Assembly (NCBI GenBank): GCA_051362555.1 | Contig: CM120641.1 | Location: 31,564,401 to 31,628,400, forward strand | Reading direction: 5' to 3' | DNA from: Lingula anatina | Lineage: Eukaryota; Animalia; Brachiopoda | Length of the DNA stretch: 64,000 nucleotides | Part shown: positions 51,062-63,389 of the stretch, piece after piece | How positions within the stretch are numbered: position 1 is the first letter of the stretch | Layout: each line of letters opens with the position of its first letter | Made by a program: the position numbers and the translations under genes | Notes under the pieces: model-generated | Databases searched by the model: none | The model's input: only the letters and a program-made list of their open reading frames with translations | Told to the model about the DNA's origin: nothing

Positions 51062-51946
51062 CAGGGGCGTAACCAGACCTTTAAAAATTGTACGCACAGA
51101 TTTTTAAAATTCCCAGCAAAATGTAGACTAACGCAAGAGATAAGGGCAGCGTAATTACAGCATATGTCATTTAGTTAGAAATATTCTCGCAATTAAAAAA
51201 GTTTCAATATTCTTATTACCCAGAACGGTATATTTATTTAAAAGGAGGCTAGCTTCGCATATGTGGAATCCCCTTCGAATAATCCTGGATCCACCTCTGA
51301 GTTGAACTAACATACGGTTTCATTCACCTTACATGTGGATGCATGGCTCCCAAAAACAACGACACGACAGAGCTCTGATACATCTACGTAAGTTTAATTA
51401 TTTGTTTGTAAAAATTGCCCATGTCACCCTGTTAGTTTGGAGGGGTAAGCTGGGTCAAGTCCGTGTCAAAATTCTTTGAAGCTTGATTCTGAGGAAAAAT
51501 TCTTCCTTTGTTTCTCTAGCTCCTTCTTAAACCTGGCGTCCAGGTTTTATCTAGCTGCTCTTTGAAAATAACACTCAGGCAGATTTTTACCTGAGATAAA
51601 TAACGCCAGATATTCTTAAGAAAGAGGGTACAGAAGAGTTGCGGGCCACTGAACCCTCCAATTAAGAGGTAAAGGAAGTTTCAGTTAAATGGACGATTAA
51701 GATAGGACTTGTTAAGGTTACAGGCATTGTTTACCTCATTTTGCAAGACCGGGGGGGGGGGGGGGCCCGAACAATTGTGCCTATACAATTGATACAGAGG
51801 ATTTGTACATACAGGTGACTTTAATAAGCAGAGGATTTTCTTTTATATTCCGTGAAAAATACACTAAATTTATATAAAATAATATCATGGTTGGCCAAAA
51901 AATTGTACGCACAGTGCATCCGTGCGTATGCCTAGTTACGCCCATG
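51062..51946. mobile_element. Non-autonomous TIR element (hAT-like), intronic
   Basis: caggggcgtaaccag ... ctagttacgcccatg. The motif aaaaattgtacgcacag lies near both ends. The TSD is degenerate (catacagt/ttaacagt). Confidence 0.6.
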
Positions 51947-51986
51947 TTAACAGTTAACGGGTGTTTTATCGGTTCCCTATAGTTAC

Positions 51987-52078
51987 CTTTCTGGTCACAG
52001 GCTGTCCCTTCCCAGCCCACATCACACACACACAGAAACCGCTGTCACACACGCCATTGACGCAGGCACCACAGGAAC
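51987..52078 (-). pseudogene. EGF exon (GSCGACVNGVCDSGFCVC/DVGWEGTACDQK) with +2 frameshift in a TG run
   Basis: catacag| acceptor, AAG|gtaact donor. 92 nt where 90 would keep frame. Confidence 0.85.
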
Positions 52079-52127
52079 CTGTATGAACCATAGTGATATT
52101 GGCGTTAGTATTGTAACTTTTATAATT

Positions 52128-54330
52128 AGGAAACTGGAAAGGAAATGGTGTCACTCTCACTTAGAAATTCATCGGCAATTGTTCATATCTGCGCGATCTC
52201 ACTATCACTCTCTTCTTGTGGCACACAAGAAAGAATATCACCGCTCCCGTATTGAATCTGCTGATCAGAAAACACTTTTCAAGATCGTGGACCAAATATC
52301 GGAATCAAAATCATCTCAACTGAATGTCCTCCCAGACATGGAAATCTCAGAGCTCCCTCAACTTTTTTCAAATTACTTTACAGATAAGATCAAGAGCATT
52401 CGAAATGATCTCGTTTCTTATTCTTCTGTAGAAATCTCAGAAACCCCAGTTACCTGTACTCATGCAGTATTGACTGAATTTTCACCTGTATCAGAAGAAG
52501 ATGTTTTAGCATTAATGAAAAGCATGAATTCTAAATCTTCTGCCTTAGATCCTGTGCCAACACATATTATGAAAGAGTGCATTACTGTTCTGGCCCCAGT
52601 TATTTTAAAGATAGTGAATCTCTCTTTTACAACAGGCATCTTCCCATCCAACTGCAAAGCAGCAATTGTTAGACCCTTGTTAAAAAAACAAGGCCTGTGC
52701 AAACAAGTGTTTAAAAATTATCGACCAATATCAAACTTGCCCTTCTTAGGGAAGTTTCTTGAGAAAATGGCATGTATACAACTGAATAACTATCTAGCTC
52801 AAAACAGTCTATATGGCAAGTTTCAATCAGCTTATAGAGAAGGACATAGCACAGAAACAGCTCTCCTAAGGGTTCATAATGACATCATGCTTTCTTTAGA
52901 CAAACAAAAAGATGTTATTTTAGTCCTTTTAGATCTGTCTGCTGCATTCGACACCATTGACCACAACATACTTCTGCACAGACTACAGTACCGATTTGGA
53001 GTAAAAGATTTAGCACTTAATTGGTTAACCTCATATCTAAAAGATCGAACACAAAAGGTGTCAATTGAGTCGTTGCTATCAGAGCCCACTATTTTAGAGT
53101 ATGGTGTCCCTCAGGGGTCTGTGCTAGGTCCATTGCTCTTTTCATTGTATATGCTACCAGTAGAAGACATTATAGTTAAACATGGTCTCAACACTGTCAT
53201 TTTTGCTGATGACACTCAAATTTATGTCACAAGTGAAAGTAATCGCTCCATGGCTATCACCTCAATAGAAACGTGTCTAGTTGAGATCCGAAATTGGATG
53301 AAAACAAACATGCTAGCACTAAATGATGGAAAAACTGAACTAATATGGTTTACATCAAGGTCTAAGTCAGACAGGGGAAATGCAATGAAATCTGATATTT
53401 GTATCGGTGGTGTCAACATCAATCCATCTAGCTATGTGAAAGATTTAGGTGTCACCTTTGATCAGTATGCAACTATGGATAGACGGATCTCTGAAATTTG
53501 CAAATCGGCATCATACTCACTTTGGCGAATTAGTAAGATACGTGACTTACTGGACAAAACTTCAACTGAAAAACTAGTCCATGCTTTCATTACTTCTAAG
53601 CTTGATTATTGCAACAGTCTCTTATATGGTTTAGGCAAAAATCATCTGAACAAACTTCAATTAATTCAAAATTCTGCAGCTAGGCTGGTAACTAAAATGG
53701 GATGGAATAGCCGAGAGCATATAACACCTGTTTTGATGGAACTTCACTGGCTTCCAGTAAGAGAGAGAATTTTATTTAAAATTTTATGTGTCATTTTTAA
53801 AGCAGTCACTGAGAATAAACCACTTTATATCTCAGAACTTATGAAGCAACATCAGCATGGAAGAGTTACCAGGTCTTCAACTTTTAGTCATTTACTTTTA
53901 GAACACAGTGTCTTAGAGAAAAAAGCTGGTAAATTTTACGGTGAAAGGGCATTTATGATATATGCACCCAAAGTTTGGAACACTTTACCCTCTGAAATAC
54001 GAGCAGCAGGTGACATAGATACTTTTAAAAAGCTTTTGAAAACTCATATTTTTAGAATAGCCTATCAGTAGCTATCATATAGTTAATTTTAGTTTTTAAT
54101 AAGGTGTACTGTAATTTTATGATTAATTTTAAATGTTGTCACTTTAGGTTCTTATCATTTTAGAATATGAATAATTGGTTCTTTAAATTAGTTCTTAGTC
54201 CTTTAAAATTGTAATGTGTTCTTATATTAGTATTGTGTTATTTAGCTCTTTTAAGTGAATGTTGTAAGGCGCATTGAGATTTTTAATGGAATGCGCCATA
54301 GAAAAATAAATTATTATTATTATTATTATA
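52128..54330 (+). mobile_element. 5'-truncated L2-clade LINE with uninterrupted RT frame (to 54071)
   Basis: NYRPISNLPF, QSAYR.GHSTETAL, LDLSAAFDTIDH, GVPQGSVLGP, FADD, LHWLPV.ERI.FK. 3' stem-loop ggcgcatt...aatgcgcc, then AATAAA and a (tat)n tail. No endonuclease domain. Confidence 0.93.
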
Positions 54331-54631
54331 ATAATTCAAAACATATTTAAATTTATATAAAAACACTATTATTATTATTATTGCACTGAGCAGTGGATGT
54401 CACAGTTTCATACATATTTAAAAACGTGATTTTGTCAAACGCATTTTAGAAACAAAGTGGAAAAAAGTGGAAAAAATATCTAAAAAGACCTTAAATATCT
54501 TTTTGCTAAGATATATGTCAAAACTACATGAGGCACAAAATGGCCGCCAATTGTTTCTATAATGTCGAAGATGGGTTCTTTTTTCCTAATTTAGTCAGGT
54601 TTGATAATCTACACGGTTTATTTTTTTATTT

Positions 54632-54666
<35 letters not shown>

Positions 54667-56518
54667 TTGCAAAAAAAAAAGTGATGGAAATATGAAACAT
54701 TATATTTTGGAACCTAATTTGCATAATTTATGCGTGTCTCTATGGATATTTTTTCTTTTGGCCCAAGGATCCTTCATGCCAAGTTAGACTATAAAATGCA
54801 GTGTTTGACCCCTTAACAAGCCTACTATGTAGGACGTTGTCCAAGGTGACAAATAACCTACCTATAGAGCAGTCAGTTCCAGTCCAACCGTCTACATTGA
54901 CAAGTGCTGTTCACACACCTCCCTTTACCATTACATTGACCAGGACAACCTGGCAATAACGTTATATTATAAGGCTACAGACACAGATATGGTTGTATCT
55001 GCATGCAGGTATGCATATTATTGTATATTTCTAGCAAAGGACATTAATTAAGCAGTTAAAATAACACAAAATAACACAGATATTTATAAATAAGTTAATA
55101 AAGAATGCTAACGCATGCGCACATGATTATGATTTATGATTTTTAATATCCTTTAATATTCTCAGTTTTATCAATCAATTATTTTATCTGATTGTGCCAG
55201 TGTGTATTTATATTTTATTATTCCAACTCTCTACGTGCTAACAGACTGTTTAAGCAGTAATAATAATAATGGTCTGATGTGGCGTGAATCTGCACATGTA
55301 CAAAGTGTGTTAGCGTTTTGATACGGTATATTTATTATTTTTCATTTGATTCAGGCATGTAAGGCAAGGAGTGGTGTAAGAGATTCTCTATATATTAATA
55401 CTCACCTAGTTCATATGTTTCTTGGTTGGAGAAAGTGATATCTTTCGTGACCGCGATGTCATAGACACACTCCTGCAGTAACACGCCCTCCAGTCCTTTC
55501 CTCTGACATACCGTCTCTGCAGCCTGAATATTGGGGTAATGACGGTATAGCATTATAGAGGTTGCAAATGTTAATGTCACCTACTCGGGCTCATCTCATC
55601 TTTACACCTTACCGACTATGCTACTAATTATGATAATCCAATGGTATGGAATTAACACATGTACCTGTTTTCCTTGAATGTACTGGGGTATTTGGAAATA
55701 ACTTCAAGAGCTTTCTAAAACTATGCGTTGATGTAAAGCACAAGTGAAGCAAATGCAACAATATGTATTCGAGACAACACAACTTTATCATTTAATAAAA
55801 GTCTTCTTGAAACAGACCGGTTTCATATTTTAATATATCTTAAAAGTATCTAATCAGATTGTTTACCTTACGTTTACAGCATAATTCTATATTGATATAT
55901 ATATATACGTATTTGTGATGGACCTTTTGGTCATTTTGACCGCAATGGCTAAGCGTTACATACAGGTAAGAGGTCACTGACTTTAATCTCAGCCTGTGAT
56001 ACGTTCACGCAAGAAGTTATAACTTCTTGGTTCACGGGACCGTAGGCCGGATTGTATAGACTGGGGTCGGTGTAGGAGGGGTCCATGACGTCATCAGCGT
56101 GGAAGTTTGAACTGTCCTAGGACCAACTGCCGTATAACCCAGAACCAGAAAACGAAGTACTTATTCTCCCTGTGGTGATAACGACAAATGTTAAAAATGT
56201 TTCAGAGGAGTAAATGGTTGAAAATTCGAATAGTTAAGGCAGTGTTTTAATATCACCGATTTCTAAACATGCTAAAGAATATTAGGCTACATATCAATTA
56301 CAAGTCTGATTTTCTACACATCTATATACTGTCTACAGGCCATATGGTGTTTCATTGCCATACTCTGAATTTCAAAGAAAAGAAGTCAAGAATAAATATG
56401 TAATCAAGCTCATCAGTACATTGATCATTCTCTCTAATAGTTGTTGTATAAAATGCAGTGTTTGACCCCTTAACAAGCCTACTATGTAGGACGTTGTCCA
56501 AGGTGACAAATAACCTAC

Positions 56519-56606
56519 CTATAGAGCAGTCAGTTCCAGTCCAACCGTCTACATTGACAAGTGCTGTTCACACACCTCCCTTTACCATTACATTGACCAG
56601 GACAAC
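56519..56606 (-). pseudogene. Tenascin-type EGF exon (GCPGQCNGKGRCVNSTCQC/DGWTGTDCSI) with -2 frameshift
   Basis: ttgccag| acceptor, TAG|gtaggt donor. 88 nt where 90 would keep frame. Confidence 0.85.
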
Positions 56607-57062
56607 CTGGCAATAACGTTATATTATAAGGCTACAGACACAGATATGGTTGTATCTGCATGCAGGTATGCATATTATTGTATATTTCTAGCAAAGGACA
56701 TTAATTAAGCAGTTAAAATAACACAAAATAACACAGATATTTATAAATAAGTTAATAAAGAATGCTAACGCATGCGCACATGATTATGATTTATGATTTT
56801 TAATATCCTTTAATATTCTCAGTTTTATCAATCAATTATTTTATCTGATTGTGCCAGTGTGTATTTATATTTTATTATTCCAACTCTCTACGTGCTAACA
56901 GACTGTTTAAGCAGTAATAATAATAATGGTCTGATGTGGCGTGAATCTGCACATGTACAAAGTGTGTTAGCGTTTTGATACGGTATATTTATTATTTTTC
57001 ATTTGATTCAGGCATGTAAGGCAAGGAGTGGTGTAAGAGATTCTCTATATATTAATACTCAC

Positions 57063-57180
57063 CTAGTTCATATGTTTCTTGGTTGGAGAAAGTGATATCT
57101 TTCGTGACCGCGATGTCATAGACACACTCCTGCAGTAACACGCCCTCCAGTCCTTTCCTCTGACATACCGTCTCTGCAGC
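57063..57180 (-). pseudogene. Post-VWD Cys-containing exon (AAETVCQRKGLEGVLLQECVYDIAVTKDITFSNQETYEL)
   Basis: attcag| acceptor, TAG|gtgagt donor. Phase 0-1 matches its neighbours. Confidence 0.85.
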
Positions 57181-57638
57181 CTGAATATTGGGGTAATGAC
57201 GGTATAGCATTATAGAGGTTGCAAATGTTAATGTCACCTACTCGGGCTCATCTCATCTTTACACCTTACCGACTATGCTACTAATTATGATAATCCAATG
57301 GTATGGAATTAACACATGTACCTGTTTTCCTTGAATGTACTGGGGTATTTGGAAATAACTTCAAGAGCTTTCTAAAACTATGCGTTGATGTAAAGCACAA
57401 GTGAAGCAAATGCAACAATATGTATTCGAGACAACACAACTTTATCATTTAATAAAAGTCTTCTTGAAACAGACCGGTTTCATATTTTAATATATCTTAA
57501 AAGTATCTAATCAGATTGTTTACCTTACGTTTACAGCATAATTCTATATTGATATATATATATACGTATTTGTGATGGACCTTTTGGTCATTTTGACCGC
57601 AATGGCTAAGCGTTACATACAGGTAAGAGGTCACTGAC

Positions 57639-57826
57639 TTTAATCTCAGCCTGTGATACGTTCACGCAAGAAGTTATAACTTCTTGGTTCACGGGACCGT
57701 AGGCCGGATTGTATAGACTGGGGTCGGTGTAGGAGGGGTCCATGACGTCATCAGCGTGGAAGTTTGAACTGTCCTAGGACCAACTGCCGTATAACCCAGA
57801 ACCAGAAAACGAAGTACTTATTCTCC
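57639..57826 (-). pseudogene. Exon WRISTSFSGSGLYGSWS*DSSNFHADDVMDPSYTDP...AEIK with in-frame TAG (57774-57776)
   Basis: ccacag| acceptor, AAA|gtcagt donor. Phase 1-0 joins the SW motif of the VWD exon to the next exon. Confidence 0.8.
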
Positions 57827-58127
57827 CTGTGGTGATAACGACAAATGTTAAAAATGTTTCAGAGGAGTAAATGGTTGAAAATTCGAATAGTTAAGGCAGT
57901 GTTTTAATATCACCGATTTCTAAACATGCTAAAGAATATTAGGCTACATATCAATTACAAGTCTGATTTTCTACACATCTATATACTGTCTACAGGCCAT
58001 ATGGTGTTTCATTGCCATACTCTGAATTTCAAAGAAAAGAAGTCAAGAATAAATATGTAATCAAGCTCATCAGTACATTGATCATTCTCTCTAATAGTTG
58101 TTGTATTATTTTTTCCTTATGACTCAC

Positions 58128-58328
58128 ATGACTCGGCGAATTCCACTGCCTTGCCCTTGGTGACCAAAGTGCCATTGGCCATGGTGAAATCGTTGTCCTG
58201 GTTGTCGTCCATCAGTCCACACAGTCCAGACGTCTGCCCCGTAAAACTGGCAGTTAGACCAGAACGCACGTTTAGGAAGAGACGCCCCATCACCGGGCTG
58301 AACCGGACGTCTACTGTGACAGATACAC
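58128..58328 (-). pseudogene. VWD C-terminal exon (GVSVTVDVR...GQTSGLCGLMDDNQDNDF...EFAES)
   Basis: tttccccttag| acceptor, T|gtgagt donor, 201 nt. Canonical VWD GLCG..D....NDF motif. Confidence 0.9.
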
Positions 58329-58736
58329 CTAAGGGGAAATAAAGCGTTGACAATATCTGTGCCAATCAACACAGGCGTGAGGAAAGGAACGGGGTAACTG
58401 TTCAGATGGTGGAAAAAATTAAATAGACTTTCATTATACTTCTTTTGTATTGGGCATCGTCCACGATATTAATTATATACTAAAGATACAATCACAGTAT
58501 AAGCAGTCACTAAGCCATTCGTTCTGCCCCTAGGACTTCCATGGTTGAAAAACGTAGCTAATCCCGCCTACCCCCCTTCCCAGCTCCTGCGGCTATGCCG
58601 CACCATATATAGTGGAACGCATATTAGCAACTCACAGCCTACAGTGTATATCACATCCAAAGGCTATCGTGTAAGAGAATATTCTCTTCAAATTAGGTGC
58701 TTATGTGAAAGAACATAAATATAACAGTATACATAC

Positions 58737-58865
58737 CGGTGTCATACTGAATTGCAATCATCATCACGGCACCAGTGGCGTTGTTCCTGACCTTAGCAAT
58801 GTCTACAATGACGGTGTCGTTGTAAAGCGTCAATCTTGTGGTACATGGCACGTGTAGTAAGACGT
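58737..58865 (-). pseudogene. VWD middle exon (VLLHVPCTTRLTLYNDTVIVDIAKVRNNATGAVMMIAIQYDT)
   Basis: CCG|gtatgt donor in phase with the next exon. The acceptor position is uncertain because the phase does not match the preceding exon. Confidence 0.6.
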
Positions 58866-59067
58866 CTACAATAACGATTATTTTAATGATATCTTTAAAA
58901 ATCTTGAAACAATACATCCATTCGTTTTATTGACCATGTGATTGATAAAACAAGCGCAACTATCATGCTGTTTCTTAGATCCAAAGTTTGATAGACTCTT
59001 TCCGGATTTTAATGTCATATTATTCAAAGGCAATATTACTAGTACACTTTCTATATTCCCAATTCAC

Positions 59068-59262
59068 CTTAAAGTAGAAAGAGTGGTTTCAGTAGCAGTG
59101 AACGGTGTAGTAATGGTGGCCACATTGTGACCGACCTTGACCGCGGCGGTACCGACCAGTGACGCTTGTTTATAGCCGAAGAACCTGACTTGTACGCCAA
59201 AGTCGTTAACTGTACTCATACAGTCCCAGAACTCCCGGATACCGTGGTAGTCGTAGGATATA
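59068..59262 (-). pseudogene. VWD exon (ISYDYHGIREFWDC...FGVQVRFFGYKQASLVGTAAVKVG...)
   Basis: AAG|gtgaat donor. The acceptor appears shifted or mutated by 1 nt. YDxxG and VQVR..AAVK are VWD motifs. Confidence 0.8.
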
Positions 59263-59465
59263 CTTTAGGAAACAACGAATTCTTACATTAGGTTATACCA
59301 TTACTCTAGCAAACATGGCGCACAACGGTTATTTCATTTCACGGCGATTACTTTTTTTTTCGAGACGGTATGATTAAATCAGGAAATTAACATCGATGCA
59401 CACTAAACCGCCAAAGAATTGGCGTGATTTAAATTCGATGAGAAATTTTGACGATGTTCACCCAC

Positions 59466-59608
59466 CATCTGCTGTCTGTAAGTGAGGATCACCTCCCATA
59501 TTTCTTGGTATTCTGACATCAAACAGACGCCGGTCCAGAATTGGGAACACACACACCTAGAGCTACAGAAGTACGACTGAGGGGTGCAAACACCATTGCC
59601 GAAACATT
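59466..59608 (-). pseudogene. EGF + VWD-start exon (CFGNGVC...CVCSQFWTGVC/DVRIPRNMGGDPHLQTAD) with -1 frameshift
   Basis: atttcag| acceptor, ATG|gtgggt donor. 143 nt where 144 would keep frame. The GDPH motif sits in the shifted frame. Confidence 0.85.
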
Positions 59609-60711
59609 CTGAAATGTAACAAGGGTGTTTGTAATGTAAAGGCTCTCTATCTGATTGTATGGATTCAGTCATTGGGTGATAAAATGCATATTTTCAATTT
59701 TTTTATTTTTCATGTTTTTTTTTTTTTTTTTTGCTTTTTCACCCAATATTTTACCATCAAACTTTTAAAAACTTCCAATATAATCTTCATATAGTAAAAG
59801 TTAAGGAAAGGTGTTGAAATGATCATCAAATATTAAATAGATAGCAGTAGTATAAGAAAAACCCGGACAGTTCTTAAAAAGGATAGGGCCCTGATAAGGC
59901 CCTCTAAATGTTTGTTTTCTTATTTTCTTTCTTATTTATTTTTTCTTTATTTTATGAAAAAAAGTTATATTGGCAAAATCAAGTGTGTATACATAAGATT
60001 TTATTTTATTTTTACTTATTATGTTATTTATTCATTTATTTTTTAAATGGAAATGTTTATATTGGTAAAAAAATGGTAGGTGTGTAAACATAAGATTTGA
60101 AAGGATAGATGATTGTTTATAGTATTTCATTGTATTGGATGAACAAATTATTATTATTGATCTAAAAAAGAGAGGTGGCATTGTTTGCGGTTCAGTTGAA
60201 CGCGGCGCATAGTAAACAAACAAGGATCCGCTAACAGTCAGGTGAGACTATTGTAATGCACAAAGAGAGCAGTATGCAAGCCAAATACTTAGAGTATTGT
60301 GAGAGTGTGTGTGGTTCGCAAACACTTAATAGATTAAAACCTCCCATTTTATTGAAGTAAACTGTATTTGAATGATAGCATTAAATGAATGACACTACGA
60401 GCCAGGTAGTGTTATAGTAAAGCAGTATTGTTTGCTGGTCAAGCAACTGTTGTAGTGGTTTATACGCACAGCCGCAATGAATATTATTTTGATTCATATG
60501 AAGCTTTCCCTTTATTTCTAAATGATCGCCTTAGTTTGTACAACAAATAAAACAGTATTGCACGCTGTAGGTGTACATAATCTGTTAAGCACAAGGCGTT
60601 TTGGTGACAAAATTCATAGCATTTTTAACAGTATTTTTATGATTTAAAACAAAATATTTTTTATAGTACAATTAATAGATCATGATAGGAACATAGCTGA
60701 ATAATGTAAAA

Positions 60712-63335
60712 TTAAATGTCTAAAGGTGCAGTGGACACACCGTCTTCTAACACTTTACGTTTGCAATAGAAATAGGAAAAGGCGTCCCGCCTCTGCACGT
60801 AAGAATACATTGTGTTATTGAATAACCTGATGCCCCTATAGCTACTCTTACAACCGGTCGTGCGTGCTTCTACGAGCGGTTTGCGTGCAAAAAATTGGCC
60901 AAGTAGTAAGATACACGCACGTGGAGCGTACTATTTTTGGTGGACGCAAACACGACGCAAAGCACGCAGCCCGAAAACTGGCCGGCCAGTTTTTCGCTAC
61001 GACCTGTCTGCGACAATTAGAACGCCTGGAGCACGCTCGTAGCACGCAAGACAAAAGTACTTAGTAAGTGCGCTAGGCGTGCGTGTAACGCAGGAAAAGC
61101 ATGCAGAAATTACGGGGTATTTTACCACGAAGACGTACTTACCACGCAAGAGACTCGTAAGTTTAACTGACTTTCAATGTACGTGTTAACAATAAGGGGG
61201 GTGAGCGCACTTCCTCCGTGCGTTTATCTTACTTCCAAAGTGCGTGGCGAGTACTACTACCATACCTGTGAAGTGCGTCACACTAAGACGACGCACGTGC
61301 CCAGCACGATAAAAGTGCAGGCGATCCCGAGCAACCACTGCCAGCATTGCGTCACGATCTTCGGCCTCCTCTAGCATTAGCAGCTGTAGAAGTCGATGGC
61401 GCATCCTTCTTGGAAGTGCCTTTTTGGAAGCCAAAACAGTGAATGATGAAGAGACTCGGTGCTCCCTTTTATATTATTTTGATTATCCGTGCGTTCCACT
61501 TCCGTGCTTATTTCGTTTCTCTTACGTTTCTCTTACTTCGTAAGTACGGTTTCTGAAAACGTACGCTTCACTTGCAATACACGTATGATTATCTCACTCA
61601 CTGTGTGCGACACGAGTACAGATCGTACGTGCTCCTTACTTCTTCCTACTTCCAAAAAAAGGCGTACAGACCACTTGCGGGCCCCACGTTTAGAGCACGA
61701 CACACCTACTCATAAAGTACTTACTACTTCGTCCGCTGCGATTTAATTTTCATCCTGCGACAACGCTATGTCTGACGAGAACTCCGAGGACGCACGATCT
61801 CTAAGCACGCACGACGGGTTGTAAGAGAGGCTTATTTATACCACTACCACTCTTTCTGTTTAATAAGACGTCTAAATATTTGGTTTTATCTATAGTATTA
61901 CAAGTCCTATTTACACCCTTGCAGCTGAACTTGGATTTTGTCTCTTCTCCGTAACAGTAGTAAGTCTTACCGTCACCAATCCACTCGGCTTTGAACAATC
62001 CAGGCGTTCTTTTGTCAAAGGCCTCGTGCTCTGGCGTATCAGTGCGAGGAAACCAAAGATGTTTTTCTTTTTCATACTGCTCACGCATGCTAGGTTTTAC
62101 AACGTCTTCTAAGCTGTCCGCCGAAAAGGCAATGTAAGCGGAATCCGTGTCCATTTCACAATACTGGAAATCGGACGGATCCACAAACTTCAGCATGAAA
62201 TCGTAATAAAATTCTAGCATGCGCAGCTTGGCATACTGATACACCATGACCCCGATTTGAATGGGTAAGTCGTATTTGACGACTTTTTTTGTTTAGTTCG
62301 ATCTCGTATGTGCTTTCAGCAATTTGATCTAAACGCCGAAACCTGGGGTCGTTGATCTTTCTAGAGGCCTTAGCTTCACCGCAATATTGCACATCGCGGT
62401 GTTTGTCTTTATTGGTAACCGTTTTACCGTACCCAGAATTACCAATGAGCTTCATGGTATCGGCAACGATGGTCTTTGTTTTGTCTTTGTCCCCCTCTCT
62501 ACGAGCATCACTCACGGCATTTCCAAAATGCTAGAAGCAGGCTTTAGGTGTGTACTCGACAACCTGATAGATTCGGGAGACACGAAGACCGTGGGTCAGA
62601 TACCATTTAAGAAGGGGTGTGGCCAAAACGATTTTTTCTCCAAAGAAACTACCGATCAACGATTTTCTAGGGGTGCGCATGATATTATTTTCCTGGACAA
62701 AATTTTCCATGCATGACCCAATGTCGTCTCGGGTAATCGTGGTGTTTTTGAAAATGGGAGGCATTTCGGCAAACATGGCTTTTAGTTCAGAGGGGACTTC
62801 TATATCACACTCAACGAACCCAAACAACTTATCATTTCGAACGGCGTCTAAATTATCGTCGAATTTGAGTTGATATTTGTTCTCAGTTGGGAGTGTGTAC
62901 TGTTTTACAAATTCTTTCACTTAAACGGTGTCCCGTTGAAGTTTTTTCCATTCACACTCCCACATTTCAACCAGATTATACCCTCGAATGTATTCGCTAT
63001 TTTTGTCTGTTTGGATTCGCAGTGAGGACGAAGAAGCCTTTTTGGTATCATTCATAACTTTATAGGTGCCATCTTTGTTTTGATTAAGGTGGCAACGGTG
63101 GCCGTGAAAATAACACCCGTGGTATTGATACACAGTCTTCGTTTTTCGACAAAATCCATCGACAGGTAGTCGGGGGAGGTAGCCTATGCGTTTTTCAGTG
63201 CCGTTGAACTGATGTCGGATGTTTACACCATCTGAATGGGCGACCCAGTCTAACCACATCGTGGCCTCTCTCCCACGTGGATGGGAATATTCACGTTTAT
63301 ACCCAGACACTTCGTGTCTACGTATGAACGTCTGT
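60712..63335 (-). pseudogene. polB: Polinton/Maverick (adintovirus-like) protein-primed family-B DNA polymerase, C-terminal half, disrupted
   Basis: Embedded nuclease-like insert (VDGFC..VYQYHGCYFHGHRC..EMWECEW), KLIGNSGYGK, KLRMLEFYYDF, MDTDSAY, RTPGLFK, SCKGV, and C-terminus NRGIR..YFYCKRKVLEDGVSTAPLDI* (60712-60836) beyond the insertion. In-frame stops at 62921 and 62531, frameshift near 62280. Confidence 0.92.
60840..61832. mobile_element. 993-bp non-autonomous PIF/Harbinger-like element inserted in polB
   Basis: ~30-bp imperfect TIRs agctactcttacaaccggtcgtgcgtgctt / aagcacgcacgacgggttgtaagagaggct. 3-bp TSD tat (60837-60839, 61833-61835). Removing the element and one TSD restores the polB frame. 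Confidence 0.85.
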
Positions 63336-63389
63336 TAAGCCCCTCTGGTCCTCAAATCAAGTTCAGTCCCTTGGTTCTAAACTGTTTAC

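Larger units (their letters stand above)
54790..58103. repeat. 1657-bp tandem duplication (54790-56446 / 56447-58103) containing three exons
   Basis: The copies look identical by eye. 3-nt junction microhomology tat. Duplicate exons at 54862-54949, 55406-55523 and 55982-56169. Confidence 0.96.

Noticed and set aside
52083-52127. ATG at 52083 as the start of a 662-aa gene
   Set aside because: The first ~15 codons are host intron sequence fortuitously in frame with a 5'-truncated L2 ORF2.
60380-60520. Polinton cysteine-protease remnant (FDSY-like word near 60488)
   Set aside because: It is a single short motif with no His-Trp or Gln/Cys motifs in frame; not supportable without a profile search.
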